A DNA stretch of 64,000 nucleotides, from positions 2,636 through 66,635 of the forward strand of contig CALVHY010000027.1 in NCBI GenBank assembly GCA_944329205.1. Direction: 5' to 3'. The stretch comes from an uncultured Bacilli bacterium. GTDB lineage: Bacteria > Bacillota_I > Bacilli_A > RF39 > UBA660. Of this stretch, positions 48,615-57,547 are shown piece by piece (the first letter of the stretch is position 1; each line of letters opens with the position of its first letter). The translations under genes were made by a program, and so were the position numbers. The notes beneath the pieces are model-generated. The model did not search any database. It was not told the DNA's origin and worked only from the letters and a program-made list of their open reading frames with translations.

Positions 48615-50105
48615 TTAATCTTTTGGCTTCATAAGCGGGAATAAAATTACTTCTCTAATAGTTTCCGCCCCTGTAAGAAGCATGACTAATCGATCAATTC
48701 CCATCCCCATACCGCCAGCCGGCGGCATTCCGTATTCTAAAGCTTCGACAAAATCAATATCCATATCATTAGCCTCTTCATTACCCATTTCTTTTTCTTT
48801 CAACTGATTTAAAAAGCGTTCATATTGATCAATCGGATCATTAAGTTCGGTAAAAGCATTGGCATATTCTCCCCCAATAATAAAGAGTTCAAACCTTTGA
48901 GTAAATCTCGGATCATTAGAATCCTTCTTAGCAAGCGGACTAATTTCTATCGGATGTCCATACACAAACGTTGGGCTAATTATTGTATCTTCTACAAACT
49001 TTTCAAAAAAAGCATTAACGATATGCCCAAACGCAAAATGGGCCTCTACTTCTACTTGATACTCTTCAGCCAACTTAAGAGCTTCCTCTAACGTTTCAAC
49101 TTGAAAAAAATCAACTCCTGTTTTTTCTTTTATTAAATCCACCATATGAGCTCGTTTAAATCCTGGAGCAAGACTAATATGATGACCCAAATAATCAATT
49201 TCATAAGTCCCATTTAACTTTAAAGCACAAGTACTAATAATTTCTTCTGTTATATCCATCATACCTTCTAAATCAGAAAAAGCCTTATAAAGTTCCAACA
49301 TCGTAAACTCTGGATTATGTTTTTTATCCATTCCTTCATTTCTAAATGTTTTCCCTATTTCATAAACAGCATCTAATCCTCCTACTAAAAGCCTTTTAAG
49401 ATTTAACTCCAAAGCAATCCGTAAATACATATCGATATTTTGCGCATTATGATGAGTAATAAATGGCTTCGCACTAGCTCCCCCTAAAATTGTTCCCAAA
49501 ATAGGTGTTTCCACTTCTACATAATCAAGCTCATCCAAATAATTTTGGATTGTTCTAATAATTTTAGGCCGTGCAAGTGCTATCCTACGTGCTTCATCAT
49601 TGACAATTAAATCAACATATCTTCTTCTAAATCTTTCTTCAACATCATTTAACCCGTGATATTTCTCAGGAAGAGGTTTTAGAGATTTAACTAAATGAGT
49701 ATATTCCAAACACTTAATCGTCAATTCTCCTGTTTTCGTAAGCATTAATTTTCCATAAACACCAACAATATCACCTAAATCAGCCATTTTAAACAACGAA
49801 TAAGCCTCTTCTTTAACATCATTAACGGAAATATACACCTGAATATTTCCCAATTTATCTTTCAATGAGAAAAAACTAGCCTTTCCCATTTTTCTTATAA
49901 ACATAATTCGTCCAGCTACTCTCACCATTATTTCTTTTTCTTCCAACTCTTCATGAGACATATTTTTATACTTCTCTTTAAGATCCAAAGAAAAATCTGT
50001 AACTTCATATTTGTGGCCAAAAGGATCAATTCCCATTTCTTCTATCTTTTTTAGCTTATCTCTTCTAACTAACTCTTGTTCACTAAAATCGCGCATAATA
50101 TTCAC
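48615..50105 (-). CDS. lysS: Lysine--tRNA ligase (class II)
   Basis: N-terminal OB anticodon-binding domain and class II motifs (FRNEGMDKKHNPEFTMLELY, GGMGMGIDRLVMLL). Confidence 0.95.
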   Translation of the reverse strand: MNIMRDFSEQELVRRDKLKKIEEMGIDPFGHKYEVTDFSLDLKEKYKNMSHEELEEKEIMVRVAGRIMFIRKMGKASFFSLKDKLGNIQVYISVNDVKEEAYSLFKMADLGDIVGVYGKLMLTKTGELTIKCLEYTHLVKSLKPLPEKYHGLNDVEERFRRRYVDLIVNDEARRIALARPKIIRTIQNYLDELDYVEVETPILGTILGGASAKPFITHHNAQNIDMYLRIALELNLKRLLVGGLDAVYEIGKTFRNEGMDKKHNPEFTMLELYKAFSDLEGMMDITEEIISTCALKLNGTYEIDYLGHHISLAPGFKRAHMVDLIKEKTGVDFFQVETLEEALKLAEEYQVEVEAHFAFGHIVNAFFEKFVEDTIISPTFVYGHPIEISPLAKKDSNDPRFTQRFELFIIGGEYANAFTELNDPIDQYERFLNQLKEKEMGNEEANDMDIDFVEALEYGMPPAGGMGMGIDRLVMLLTGAETIREVILFPLMKPKD

Positions 50106-50183
50106 CTCTAGCCATAACTATATCACAAAAAACTCTAACTTTCAAATTAAATTCATATAAAAAGCACTAACTTGGCGTTAATG

Positions 50184-50873
50184 CTATATTTTATAAACTT
50201 TATTAGCTTTTCTACTAAATAAATATATTACTCCGATTACTACTAATCCCCCTAAAATAGCAATATAAGGAACTACACTACCTGTCTCACTATTTGGAAT
50301 ATCATTAGGATCACTTACATTACTACAAACACTTTGATATTCTGCCTCAGTTATAGAATTACCATTATCATCAAAGTAATAACCAGGAATATCTACACTA
50401 CAATCTAAACTAAGTGGTGACACATTAAGCATACAACCTGTATCAGCAGTATCAGTTGTAACTACACTTATAGTTATACTAGATGAAGCACTAGAAACAC
50501 CACTAGGTTCTAATAACACATAAGTTCCTGCCTCAGCTGTCTGCGTATCCGCTACCAAATAACTTGAACTAGTACTATTTACACTAACACTATCAATACT
50601 TACACTATTAGGAACTAATAAAAAGTAAATATACCCATTAGTATTACTTACATCAAAAGTAATACTCCAAGTCTTAATACCTGCATCCTCATCCGTATAA
50701 GTCCACGTATAATCCCCAGCCGCGACCGTTCCATACTGGCCCATTGAAATGGCCTCATCACTTACATAAACTCCATCCCCATCATTATCATTAAAATCTA
50801 CGGCCCAAACATCAGTTGGCACCAAAAAAATTGTTGTAAGAAAAATTCCTAGTATCAAAATTAACTTTTTCAT
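50184..50873 (-). CDS. secreted surface protein with C-terminal sorting-signal-like tail
   Basis: Signal peptide. C-terminus DIPNSETGS-VVPYIAILGGLVVIGVIYLF-SRKANKVYKI (motif, hydrophobic stretch, basic tail). Divergent neighbour of the sortase-B fusion gene. Confidence 0.5.
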   Translation of the reverse strand: MKKLILILGIFLTTIFLVPTDVWAVDFNDNDGDGVYVSDEAISMGQYGTVAAGDYTWTYTDEDAGIKTWSITFDVSNTNGYIYFLLVPNSVSIDSVSVNSTSSSYLVADTQTAEAGTYVLLEPSGVSSASSSITISVVTTDTADTGCMLNVSPLSLDCSVDIPGYYFDDNGNSITEAEYQSVCSNVSDPNDIPNSETGSVVPYIAILGGLVVIGVIYLFSRKANKVYKI

Positions 50874-50959
50874 ATAACCTCTTCCTTTACTATTATTATG
50901 TCCTAATTATATCATAAAAATGTAAAAAATAAATATCTTTTTTAAAAATATTTAAAAAA

Positions 50960-52606
50960 ATGTCAATCTATGATATGATATTAATGGTGAATAGTGTGAA
51001 AAAGATATTAATTAGCCTTTATAACAACTCTATTTTCTTTTCTTATAAAACTAATAATAGTTCTATTAGTAATGATTTAATTAATACAAACATCATTAGC
51101 AATAACGAACTTATTTTTAGCGATATTTATATTTCGGAAAACTCCAAAATTATTGCCTCCTTTTTAAAAGAATTAACAATCCAATACAATATTTCTAAAG
51201 CAATAATTAGTAAAATCGACTTAAGTCCCTTAGTATTAAGTTTACTTAAAAAAGCAACCAACATAACTGCGGTAGAAATAAAAGAAGATGAGACTTTAAC
51301 CTATAGTATTTGCGAAGCTTTAATTGAATTAAATCATATCAAAAGTCTTAATTGTTACAATCTCCAACCCTTTATGATTGAACTATTAGACAAATTCGGT
51401 ATTACCTGCACCTCTCGTTGTGAAATTCTTTATTTAAGCAATTTTATGGAAACTAACAATCTTTTACGTTATTCAAATATCTATTATAAAACGACAATTC
51501 GCATAACCTTCCCCTTATCTTTAGAAGATTTAAAAGATCTTGAAGACTTCTTCAAAATCAACAAATACTTAAAAGTTATTCATATAAACAAATTGATTAA
51601 CAATGAACTCGAAAACTTAATCAATCTTCTCATAAAATTTAATCGTCATAATTTAAAAATTGTTATTCATGAAAATATAACTGATGAAAAAACCGCCGAA
51701 TATCTACGAACTAAAAACAAAACTTACAAAAAGAAATATAAAATTTATTTATCATTAGAATACACCCAAGAATATTTAGATCGCAATATCTTTCGGCAAG
51801 CTATAACCAACACCTTAAAAATATGTGGCCTCATCGTCAGTAGTCTTGTTATTTTAGTTGTAACCTACATTGGAATATCTAATTTTATTGCTTTAAAACA
51901 AGTTGATGCTATCAAACAAGATCTTGCCGAAGTAATAGAAGTAACTGATCCTACCGAAATTATTGAACAAAAAAACGAAGAAAACAAAGAAAATGCTTTG
52001 ATAGAACAAACTCCTATTGAAGAAATCAAAATGATTACCAACCAAGAACTAGCCTCCTTATTGACAGTAAATGAAGATGTTGTCGGTGAATTAGTGGTCA
52101 ATAACACCAATGTTGATTATCCTGTTGTTCAAGCAAACGATAACGATTACTATTTAGATCATAATATCAACAAAGAAAGTAATGCTAACGGCTGGATTTA
52201 CCTTGATTTTCGTAATGACGCAATGAACCTTGACAAAAACAACATTATATATGGTCATAACATGTATTATAGTGGTGTTATGTTTGGAACTCTTTATAAA
52301 ACAGCTACTTCCAGTTGGTATACTAATCCTGATAACCAAATTATTACTTACAATACTTTATATGAAAACATGGAATTTCAAATTTTCTCTATTTATCGCG
52401 TTCCAGAAACAAATGATTATCTCAAAGTCTTTTTTGACGATGATGCTGATTTCTTAGAATTTATTGATATGATTACTTCCCGCAGCATTTATGATTTTAA
52501 TGTCCCTATACAAGCTGATGATAAAATCATAACTTTATCAACATGTAGCAATAATGGAACGAAAAGATTAGTAATCCATGCTGTTTTAAAAAATAATACA
52601 GAGTAA
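50960..52606 (+). CDS. sortase B-family transpeptidase fused to a large N-terminal LRR-like cytoplasmic domain
   Basis: C-terminal roughly 190 aa: DYPVVQANDNDYYLDHNINKESNANGWIYLDFRN...IYGHNM...ITLSTCS...RLVIHAVL (His, Cys, Arg catalytic triad in class B order). TM at about residues 290-315. N-terminal roughly 280 aa is Leu/Ile/Asn-rich and repeat-like. Confidence 0.65.
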   Translation: MSIYDMILMVNSVKKILISLYNNSIFFSYKTNNSSISNDLINTNIISNNELIFSDIYISENSKIIASFLKELTIQYNISKAIISKIDLSPLVLSLLKKATNITAVEIKEDETLTYSICEALIELNHIKSLNCYNLQPFMIELLDKFGITCTSRCEILYLSNFMETNNLLRYSNIYYKTTIRITFPLSLEDLKDLEDFFKINKYLKVIHINKLINNELENLINLLIKFNRHNLKIVIHENITDEKTAEYLRTKNKTYKKKYKIYLSLEYTQEYLDRNIFRQAITNTLKICGLIVSSLVILVVTYIGISNFIALKQVDAIKQDLAEVIEVTDPTEIIEQKNEENKENALIEQTPIEEIKMITNQELASLLTVNEDVVGELVVNNTNVDYPVVQANDNDYYLDHNINKESNANGWIYLDFRNDAMNLDKNNIIYGHNMYYSGVMFGTLYKTATSSWYTNPDNQIITYNTLYENMEFQIFSIYRVPETNDYLKVFFDDDADFLEFIDMITSRSIYDFNVPIQADDKIITLSTCSNNGTKRLVIHAVLKNNTE

Positions 52607-54130
52607 TTATTTACCCTGTATTTTTTCTTTTTTCCTAACCAATCTCGAAATATTTGTTTGAATAGGAATATTAGCTAGTTCATATAACTTGTCCATCATT
52701 CTTATAAATTCATCTTTATCAATTTCCATCTCCCAAATAACTCTTTTATTTTTAAATTCTTTATCCACCCAAGTTTGCTTTTTTTTCTGATAATGTTTCA
52801 AGTGAATATCTCGACCGGTAATATACATTCTAACTTTATTTTCTAAAAATTCTATTTGATTATGGACAATAGCTGTTCTAATATTCCAAAAAAGTCTTTT
52901 ATCATCTTCTTCCTTTAAAACTTCATCTAACAAGTTCGTATAATTCCTAATCAAACCCAGCAAATAATTTTTATACTCTTCTGGGCCCTTATATAAACAT
53001 ACTTCCTCATAGCTTCTTTTTATTGCTTTTATATAATCTTTATATATATTTTTGGCATGAACAAAATGCGCATCAAACGAAAAATTAAGAGCAAGATATT
53101 TTTTTAAATCTCCATCGCTATCAGCATATACATAAACACCAGCAAACAATATATTGGCATAAACTTTTAACAAATAATCTTTTAGATCACGTAAAATATA
53201 TATATCATCAACATCGCATCCATCCCCATCTAAAACTTTTAAAATCGCATTAACAAATATGGCATTTCCTGAATAAATATCTTTTAATCGTATTTTATTA
53301 ATCAAATATTGCAATTTTCCTTCATAGCTTAACGCTTCAAAACCATCGCTATTTAAATTAATATTTAATTTTTCCTTATCAAGTATTTCTAAAGAAATAA
53401 AATTACCAAAATCATTTTGAATTTTTTGTAAATAATCTTTAAACTGCCGCCATACATCTTGAACTTCTTTAGTTAAACTTAGACTAAATTTTCCTATTTC
53501 TCTTTGAACATTTAAAAATATCAAATCAAAAGTATACTTTTCACTCGGGATATTGGGATTATTAAAATAACTAGCCATAAGCGATGCATTACTACTCATC
53601 AGCTTAACTTGGCAAAATAATATATAGCCTAAATCCCAAGCTTCCTTAAAATCCATCGTGTCATCTTTATTTTTAGGTACAAAAGACAAATTGACAATGT
53701 CACTCATGCCCTTTTTAAGTTCACCTCTACAATTGGCCACTGTTGATAAAACTAAATCTGAAAACCAATTTAAATTAAAATAGGTTTCTTCATCATCACC
53801 TATATAAATATAACCATCTTGAAACCTAAAACTTTTATGGGCTAGTTTATCTCTTATTTTTTTAAACTGTTCTTTTAAACCAAGCTTAGATAAAGAATGA
53901 TATATTCTCTCTGGTGTTAAATCTAAAAATACTTTTTCTAAAACAAAATTAGGAACATTTTCCCACAAGCCATCCATATTATTATTAAAAAGTGTAAGTA
54001 AACACCACAATTTAACTTCATCCCGAGACTCTTTAATTACTTCCAAATAAATTGGATTAGGTTTATTGGCATATTTTAATAAATACCTAATTCCCAAAGC
54101 TGCTTTCGCTTCCCCCATATAATCCATCAA
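52607..54130 (-). CDS. hypothetical protein with two internally repeated Rx4H (HEPN-like) motifs
   Basis: 507 aa. IRDKLAHKSFRF (R93-H98) and IRTAIVHNQIEF (R418-H423) share a similar local context. No other family recognised. Confidence 0.35.
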   Translation of the reverse strand: MMDYMGEAKAALGIRYLLKYANKPNPIYLEVIKESRDEVKLWCLLTLFNNNMDGLWENVPNFVLEKVFLDLTPERIYHSLSKLGLKEQFKKIRDKLAHKSFRFQDGYIYIGDDEETYFNLNWFSDLVLSTVANCRGELKKGMSDIVNLSFVPKNKDDTMDFKEAWDLGYILFCQVKLMSSNASLMASYFNNPNIPSEKYTFDLIFLNVQREIGKFSLSLTKEVQDVWRQFKDYLQKIQNDFGNFISLEILDKEKLNINLNSDGFEALSYEGKLQYLINKIRLKDIYSGNAIFVNAILKVLDGDGCDVDDIYILRDLKDYLLKVYANILFAGVYVYADSDGDLKKYLALNFSFDAHFVHAKNIYKDYIKAIKRSYEEVCLYKGPEEYKNYLLGLIRNYTNLLDEVLKEEDDKRLFWNIRTAIVHNQIEFLENKVRMYITGRDIHLKHYQKKKQTWVDKEFKNKRVIWEMEIDKDEFIRMMDKLYELANIPIQTNISRLVRKKEKIQGK

Positions 54131-54140
54131 AAATCCCCCC

Positions 54141-54764
54141 TTATTTAATCGCTTCCAAATAATTAATTTTTATCTTTTTAGCCACAAATTTTCTTTCATA
54201 TTCCGTTAAAACATTAAAAATATCGCTATTATTTAAATCTAAATTAACATTTTTAAATACATACCCATAATTACTTAAAGAAATAAGTGAACTAGCAAAT
54301 AACTTTAAATTATCGGTTTTCATCACAATTCTTTTTTCCCCTAAAAATATAGCATCATATATTCTTAAAAATCTTTCACTTGTAAGTCTTCTTTCCTTGG
54401 TTCTTTCTTTAGGCCATGGATCAGAAAAGTTAAGATATATTGTAGCAATTTCCTGATCAAACACTTCTTGTAATTTTAAAGCATCCATATTAATTATTTT
54501 TAAATTAGGTAACTCTAAAGGATATTTCTTTACAGCTCTAGCTAAAACATTACTATATTTTTCAATTCCCACAAAGTTAATATAAGGATATATTTGGGCC
54601 ATTTCATAAATAAAATCCCCCTTCCCCATTCCTATTTCCAAATAAATGGGCCCATCATTACCAAAAACTTTATGCCAATTTCCCTTATATTCCTCAGGCT
54701 TTTTTATAAGATAAGAACAATTATCTAACCAAACATCTTTATCTTTCAAATTTCTAAGTCGCAT
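54141..54764 (-). CDS. trmB: tRNA (guanine46-N7)-methyltransferase
   Basis: SAM-binding GxGxG (LEIGMGKGDF) and NFSDPWPKER block. Confidence 0.85.
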   Translation of the reverse strand: MRLRNLKDKDVWLDNCSYLIKKPEEYKGNWHKVFGNDGPIYLEIGMGKGDFIYEMAQIYPYINFVGIEKYSNVLARAVKKYPLELPNLKIINMDALKLQEVFDQEIATIYLNFSDPWPKERTKERRLTSERFLRIYDAIFLGEKRIVMKTDNLKLFASSLISLSNYGYVFKNVNLDLNNSDIFNVLTEYERKFVAKKIKINYLEAIK

Positions 54765-54817
54765 TATATCACTACTTTCTTTAATATAACATATAATAAA
54801 ATGAAAGGAACGTGGAT

Positions 54818-55147
54818 ATGAGAAAAGATCGTAATGCTTTTTTCGGGGAAACAGGATATTATAGTCAAACTAATATTCCTAACATGAATGTTGCTAATAC
54901 ACCCTTTACGACCCAAGCCCAATCTAGTTTCTATGCTGGCCCCACACCTATGAATTATACCACACCTAATGCCATGAATGCAAACATGATGCCTCAAACC
55001 AATATTGACGTAAGTGAGATTGAATCCCGCCTATCAAAACTAGAACGGCAAATAAATCGCCTTGATGCTAGAGTAAATAAACTAGAAAGTACATCCTTTT
55101 ACCCAACCGAAGAAATCGATACTACTACTAATATGTATATGGTCTAA
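54818..55147 (+). CDS. hypothetical Asn/Thr/Gln-rich protein with C-terminal coiled coil
   Basis: ATG 54818 with AAAGGAA RBS (track start 54812 is GTG, too close to the RBS). Low-complexity N-terminus, then EIESRLSKLERQINRLDARVNKLES. Confidence 0.4.
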   Translation: MRKDRNAFFGETGYYSQTNIPNMNVANTPFTTQAQSSFYAGPTPMNYTTPNAMNANMMPQTNIDVSEIESRLSKLERQINRLDARVNKLESTSFYPTEEIDTTTNMYMV

Positions 55148-55149
55148 AA

Positions 55150-56802
55150 TTAGGCCTTTTTTCTATGACTTAAAAACTTTTCTTTTAATTTTTGGCCATA
55201 GTTTTTCCCTAAAATTTCCTCTATCAACCCCATCTTATGCGCAACTATAAAATATGAGGCAGCACCAATTATAGCAATAACTGCTATATACATAACACAT
55301 GAAAATCTACTATCATAATCAATCGGAATAAATAGCTTCATCAAAATAACCACAACTATCATTGTCAGTAAAGGTACAACTATTTTAGCTAACGTTTTCT
55401 TCGTCTCTTGATATTGGAATTTATATTCTTTTTTAAGATAAATCATCGCTATAACTACTGTAGCACTAAAGCCTACAACTGTTGCAAGTGTAGCTCCAAA
55501 ATAAGCAGTAATTCCTAAAAAGTCAAAAAGAAGCATAAATGGTACATCAAGAATAGCATTTAAAACAATCCCCGTAATTGAACTAATATAAACCCACTTA
55601 AACTTATTCATACTCTGCAAAGTATGATTAGCTACTGTATATAAATTAGAAAAAAGCGGCGCAAATATAGCTATAGCCAGTATATTTGTGCCAATAGCAT
55701 TATATCCATAAAACACAGTCCAAATGCTTGATGCCAGTAAACTTATGCCCACACACATTGGTAAACTAATAAAGAAAATAATTTGTAATGATTTATTAAA
55801 TTTATGATTTACTTCATCATATTTCTTAAGTGTATAAGCTTCCACCATATTAGGTATCAAACTAGCTGACAAGCCTAAGGCCACTGAGGTAACCACAATA
55901 CTTATCTTTGGAGCCCAAGTTGATATACCTGTGGCAATAAACTCTACTTCCGCCGCATCCATTCCTAAATAATCCATAGTTCGCAAAATAAGAATCATAT
56001 CAACATTATTATATATTGTAAAACAAATACTAACTATAACTATAGGAACTGCATATTTAATAATCTTTTTAATGATCTCTTTATTTGTAATCTTATCTTT
56101 TTCTAAAAACTTTTGATCCAAACATAATTCATGTTTATTCTTCCTTAGTTTATTATAAACATATAATAAAGCCCCAACACCACCGATAAAAGCTCCAAAA
56201 ACAGCTATACCTACTACGGTTGTCAAATCAAGATTAAGCCACTTAAGCGCAATATAGCTTCCACATATAATAACTAATACCCGAGCAACTTGTTCAATAA
56301 CTTGACTTACACTTGAGACATATATAATATTATGCCCTTGAAAAAAACCTCTTGAAACACTTAAAAAAGGAAATACTAACAAGGCAAAAGAAACACAGCG
56401 TATTACAAAAGTTACGTCTTCAATTGTATTTCCCCCGGTTAAATCACCAATAATTAGTGTGGCAATATTGGGGGCAAAGGCAAACAGAATAATAAATGCT
56501 ATAACGGCAATAAAGCCTAATAATTTTTTTCCTATTTGAAATGCTCTTATCTTCGCTTCTTGTCTATTTAAAGTATTAAATTCATTTATGATTTTACTGA
56601 CGGCATTAGGTATTCCCGCCGTAGCTATTTCCAAAAACAAACCATATATATTATAAGCATAAGCATACAAAGCCGCTCCTGATGCCCCAACTATAGCATA
56701 AAAAGGAATTACATAAAGCATACCTAATAACTTCACAATTACAATACATATAGTGGCAATAATCGTTCCTTCAATAAAGGAATTTTTTTTCATTTTAAAC
56801 AC
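55150..56802 (-). CDS. MOP-superfamily flippase (MurJ/SpoVB family)
   Basis: 550 aa, 14 TM, the usual MurJ/SpoVB topology. Confidence 0.7.
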   Translation of the reverse strand: MFKMKKNSFIEGTIIATICIVIVKLLGMLYVIPFYAIVGASGAALYAYAYNIYGLFLEIATAGIPNAVSKIINEFNTLNRQEAKIRAFQIGKKLLGFIAVIAFIILFAFAPNIATLIIGDLTGGNTIEDVTFVIRCVSFALLVFPFLSVSRGFFQGHNIIYVSSVSQVIEQVARVLVIICGSYIALKWLNLDLTTVVGIAVFGAFIGGVGALLYVYNKLRKNKHELCLDQKFLEKDKITNKEIIKKIIKYAVPIVIVSICFTIYNNVDMILILRTMDYLGMDAAEVEFIATGISTWAPKISIVVTSVALGLSASLIPNMVEAYTLKKYDEVNHKFNKSLQIIFFISLPMCVGISLLASSIWTVFYGYNAIGTNILAIAIFAPLFSNLYTVANHTLQSMNKFKWVYISSITGIVLNAILDVPFMLLFDFLGITAYFGATLATVVGFSATVVIAMIYLKKEYKFQYQETKKTLAKIVVPLLTMIVVVILMKLFIPIDYDSRFSCVMYIAVIAIIGAASYFIVAHKMGLIEEILGKNYGQKLKEKFLSHRKKA

Positions 56803-56805
56803 TTC

Positions 56806-56979
56806 CTAACTCGTATATATAATCATCGCTGTAAAACAATATACTTGTTCTTCACCAAACATCGATATAGCTGTGCTAAATTTAATGTCAATAACTTCAC
56901 CTTGCATTTCCCCTAAAAATTGATTAACTTGCGCTTCTAAATCTTTTTCATGGGACTCATCAAATATTTTAACTTTCAC
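56806..56979 (-). CDS. sporulation protein Cse60-like small protein (57 aa)
   Basis: GTG start with GGTGA RBS. VKVKIFDESHEKDLEAQVNQFLGEMQGEVIDIKFSTAISMFGEEQVYCFTAMIIYTS matches the Cse60/DUF2758 pattern (VK.FDE.HEKDLE..N.FL....I.IKYS......Q.YCF.A.I.Y). Not in ORF track (under 60 aa). Confidence 0.5.
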   Translation of the reverse strand: MKVKIFDESHEKDLEAQVNQFLGEMQGEVIDIKFSTAISMFGEEQVYCFTAMIIYTS

Positions 56980-57014
56980 CTTTATTCACCCACTTAACTA
57001 TAACACAGAAAATT

Positions 57015-57527
57015 CTATTTTATTGTCGAATTAAAAAGATGAATAAAAGCTTCAACAACTTCTAGCTTATTTTCTTTCCTATTTGGTGTTGTAATATTTA
57101 CATGCGCAGTATAAATTAAATCATATCGCCTATCATAAATTCCCAAATCAACTCCTAAATCCTCAATTTTATTACCAACAAGCCGTCCTGTAACCCCTAC
57201 TCCTAAATCACTATTTGTAAATTTACTAATCGCCTTTGCCATTTCTATCGCTACTTCTTTACTATAAACTGTATACTTATCAATAATTTCTTTATCAACA
57301 CCCATCTTAATTTTATAAACATCACTATAAGTAACTGCTCCAAATTTAAAAACATTACTAGCATCGCTTATATCCGTAATTAAACTAGCAAGTAAGCCTC
57401 CTGTACAAGACTCCATCGTCGAAATACTTATCTTATTTGCAATTAAATATTTACAAATATCCTCTAACATGCCCATCAGCCTTTCGTAAGTATTGTACCA
57501 CAAAATAAAGCAAGTGTATAGAATCAC
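57015..57527 (-). CDS. CinA C-terminal domain protein (PncC-like NMN amidohydrolase)
   Basis: ESCTGGLLASLITDISDASNVFKFGAVTYS matches the CinA_C signature. Confidence 0.75.
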   Translation of the reverse strand: MILYTCFILWYNTYERLMGMLEDICKYLIANKISISTMESCTGGLLASLITDISDASNVFKFGAVTYSDVYKIKMGVDKEIIDKYTVYSKEVAIEMAKAISKFTNSDLGVGVTGRLVGNKIEDLGVDLGIYDRRYDLIYTAHVNITTPNRKENKLEVVEAFIHLFNSTIK

Positions 57528-57547
57528 TTGCTTATCTTTACATATAG

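Noticed and set aside
37416-50183. attL/attR direct repeat of the tRNA-Asn 3' end delimiting an integrative island
   Set aside because: No copy of the tRNA 3' segment was found in the intergenic regions near 47.05, 48.58 or 50.15 kb by eye, so the island cannot be delimited this way.
1336-54997. Short ORFs in the track overlapping longer genes on the opposite strand or another frame (1336..1521, 5165..5380, 8476..8658, 8866..9129, 9570..9764, 9897..10079, 13998..14189, 15631..15915, 16352..16693, 17451..17636, 18427..18618, 18508..18720, 18551..18826, 26971..27159, 30925..31113, 31011..31199, 34694..34912, 38005..38229, 40220..40402, 41902..42108, 43610..43807, 46375..46581, 48825..49091, 51865..52110, 52154..52339, 52230..52457, 54764..54997)
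   Set aside because: Each lies inside or antisense to a well-supported gene. They lack RBSs and have AT-rich low-complexity translations typical of spurious frames in low-GC DNA.
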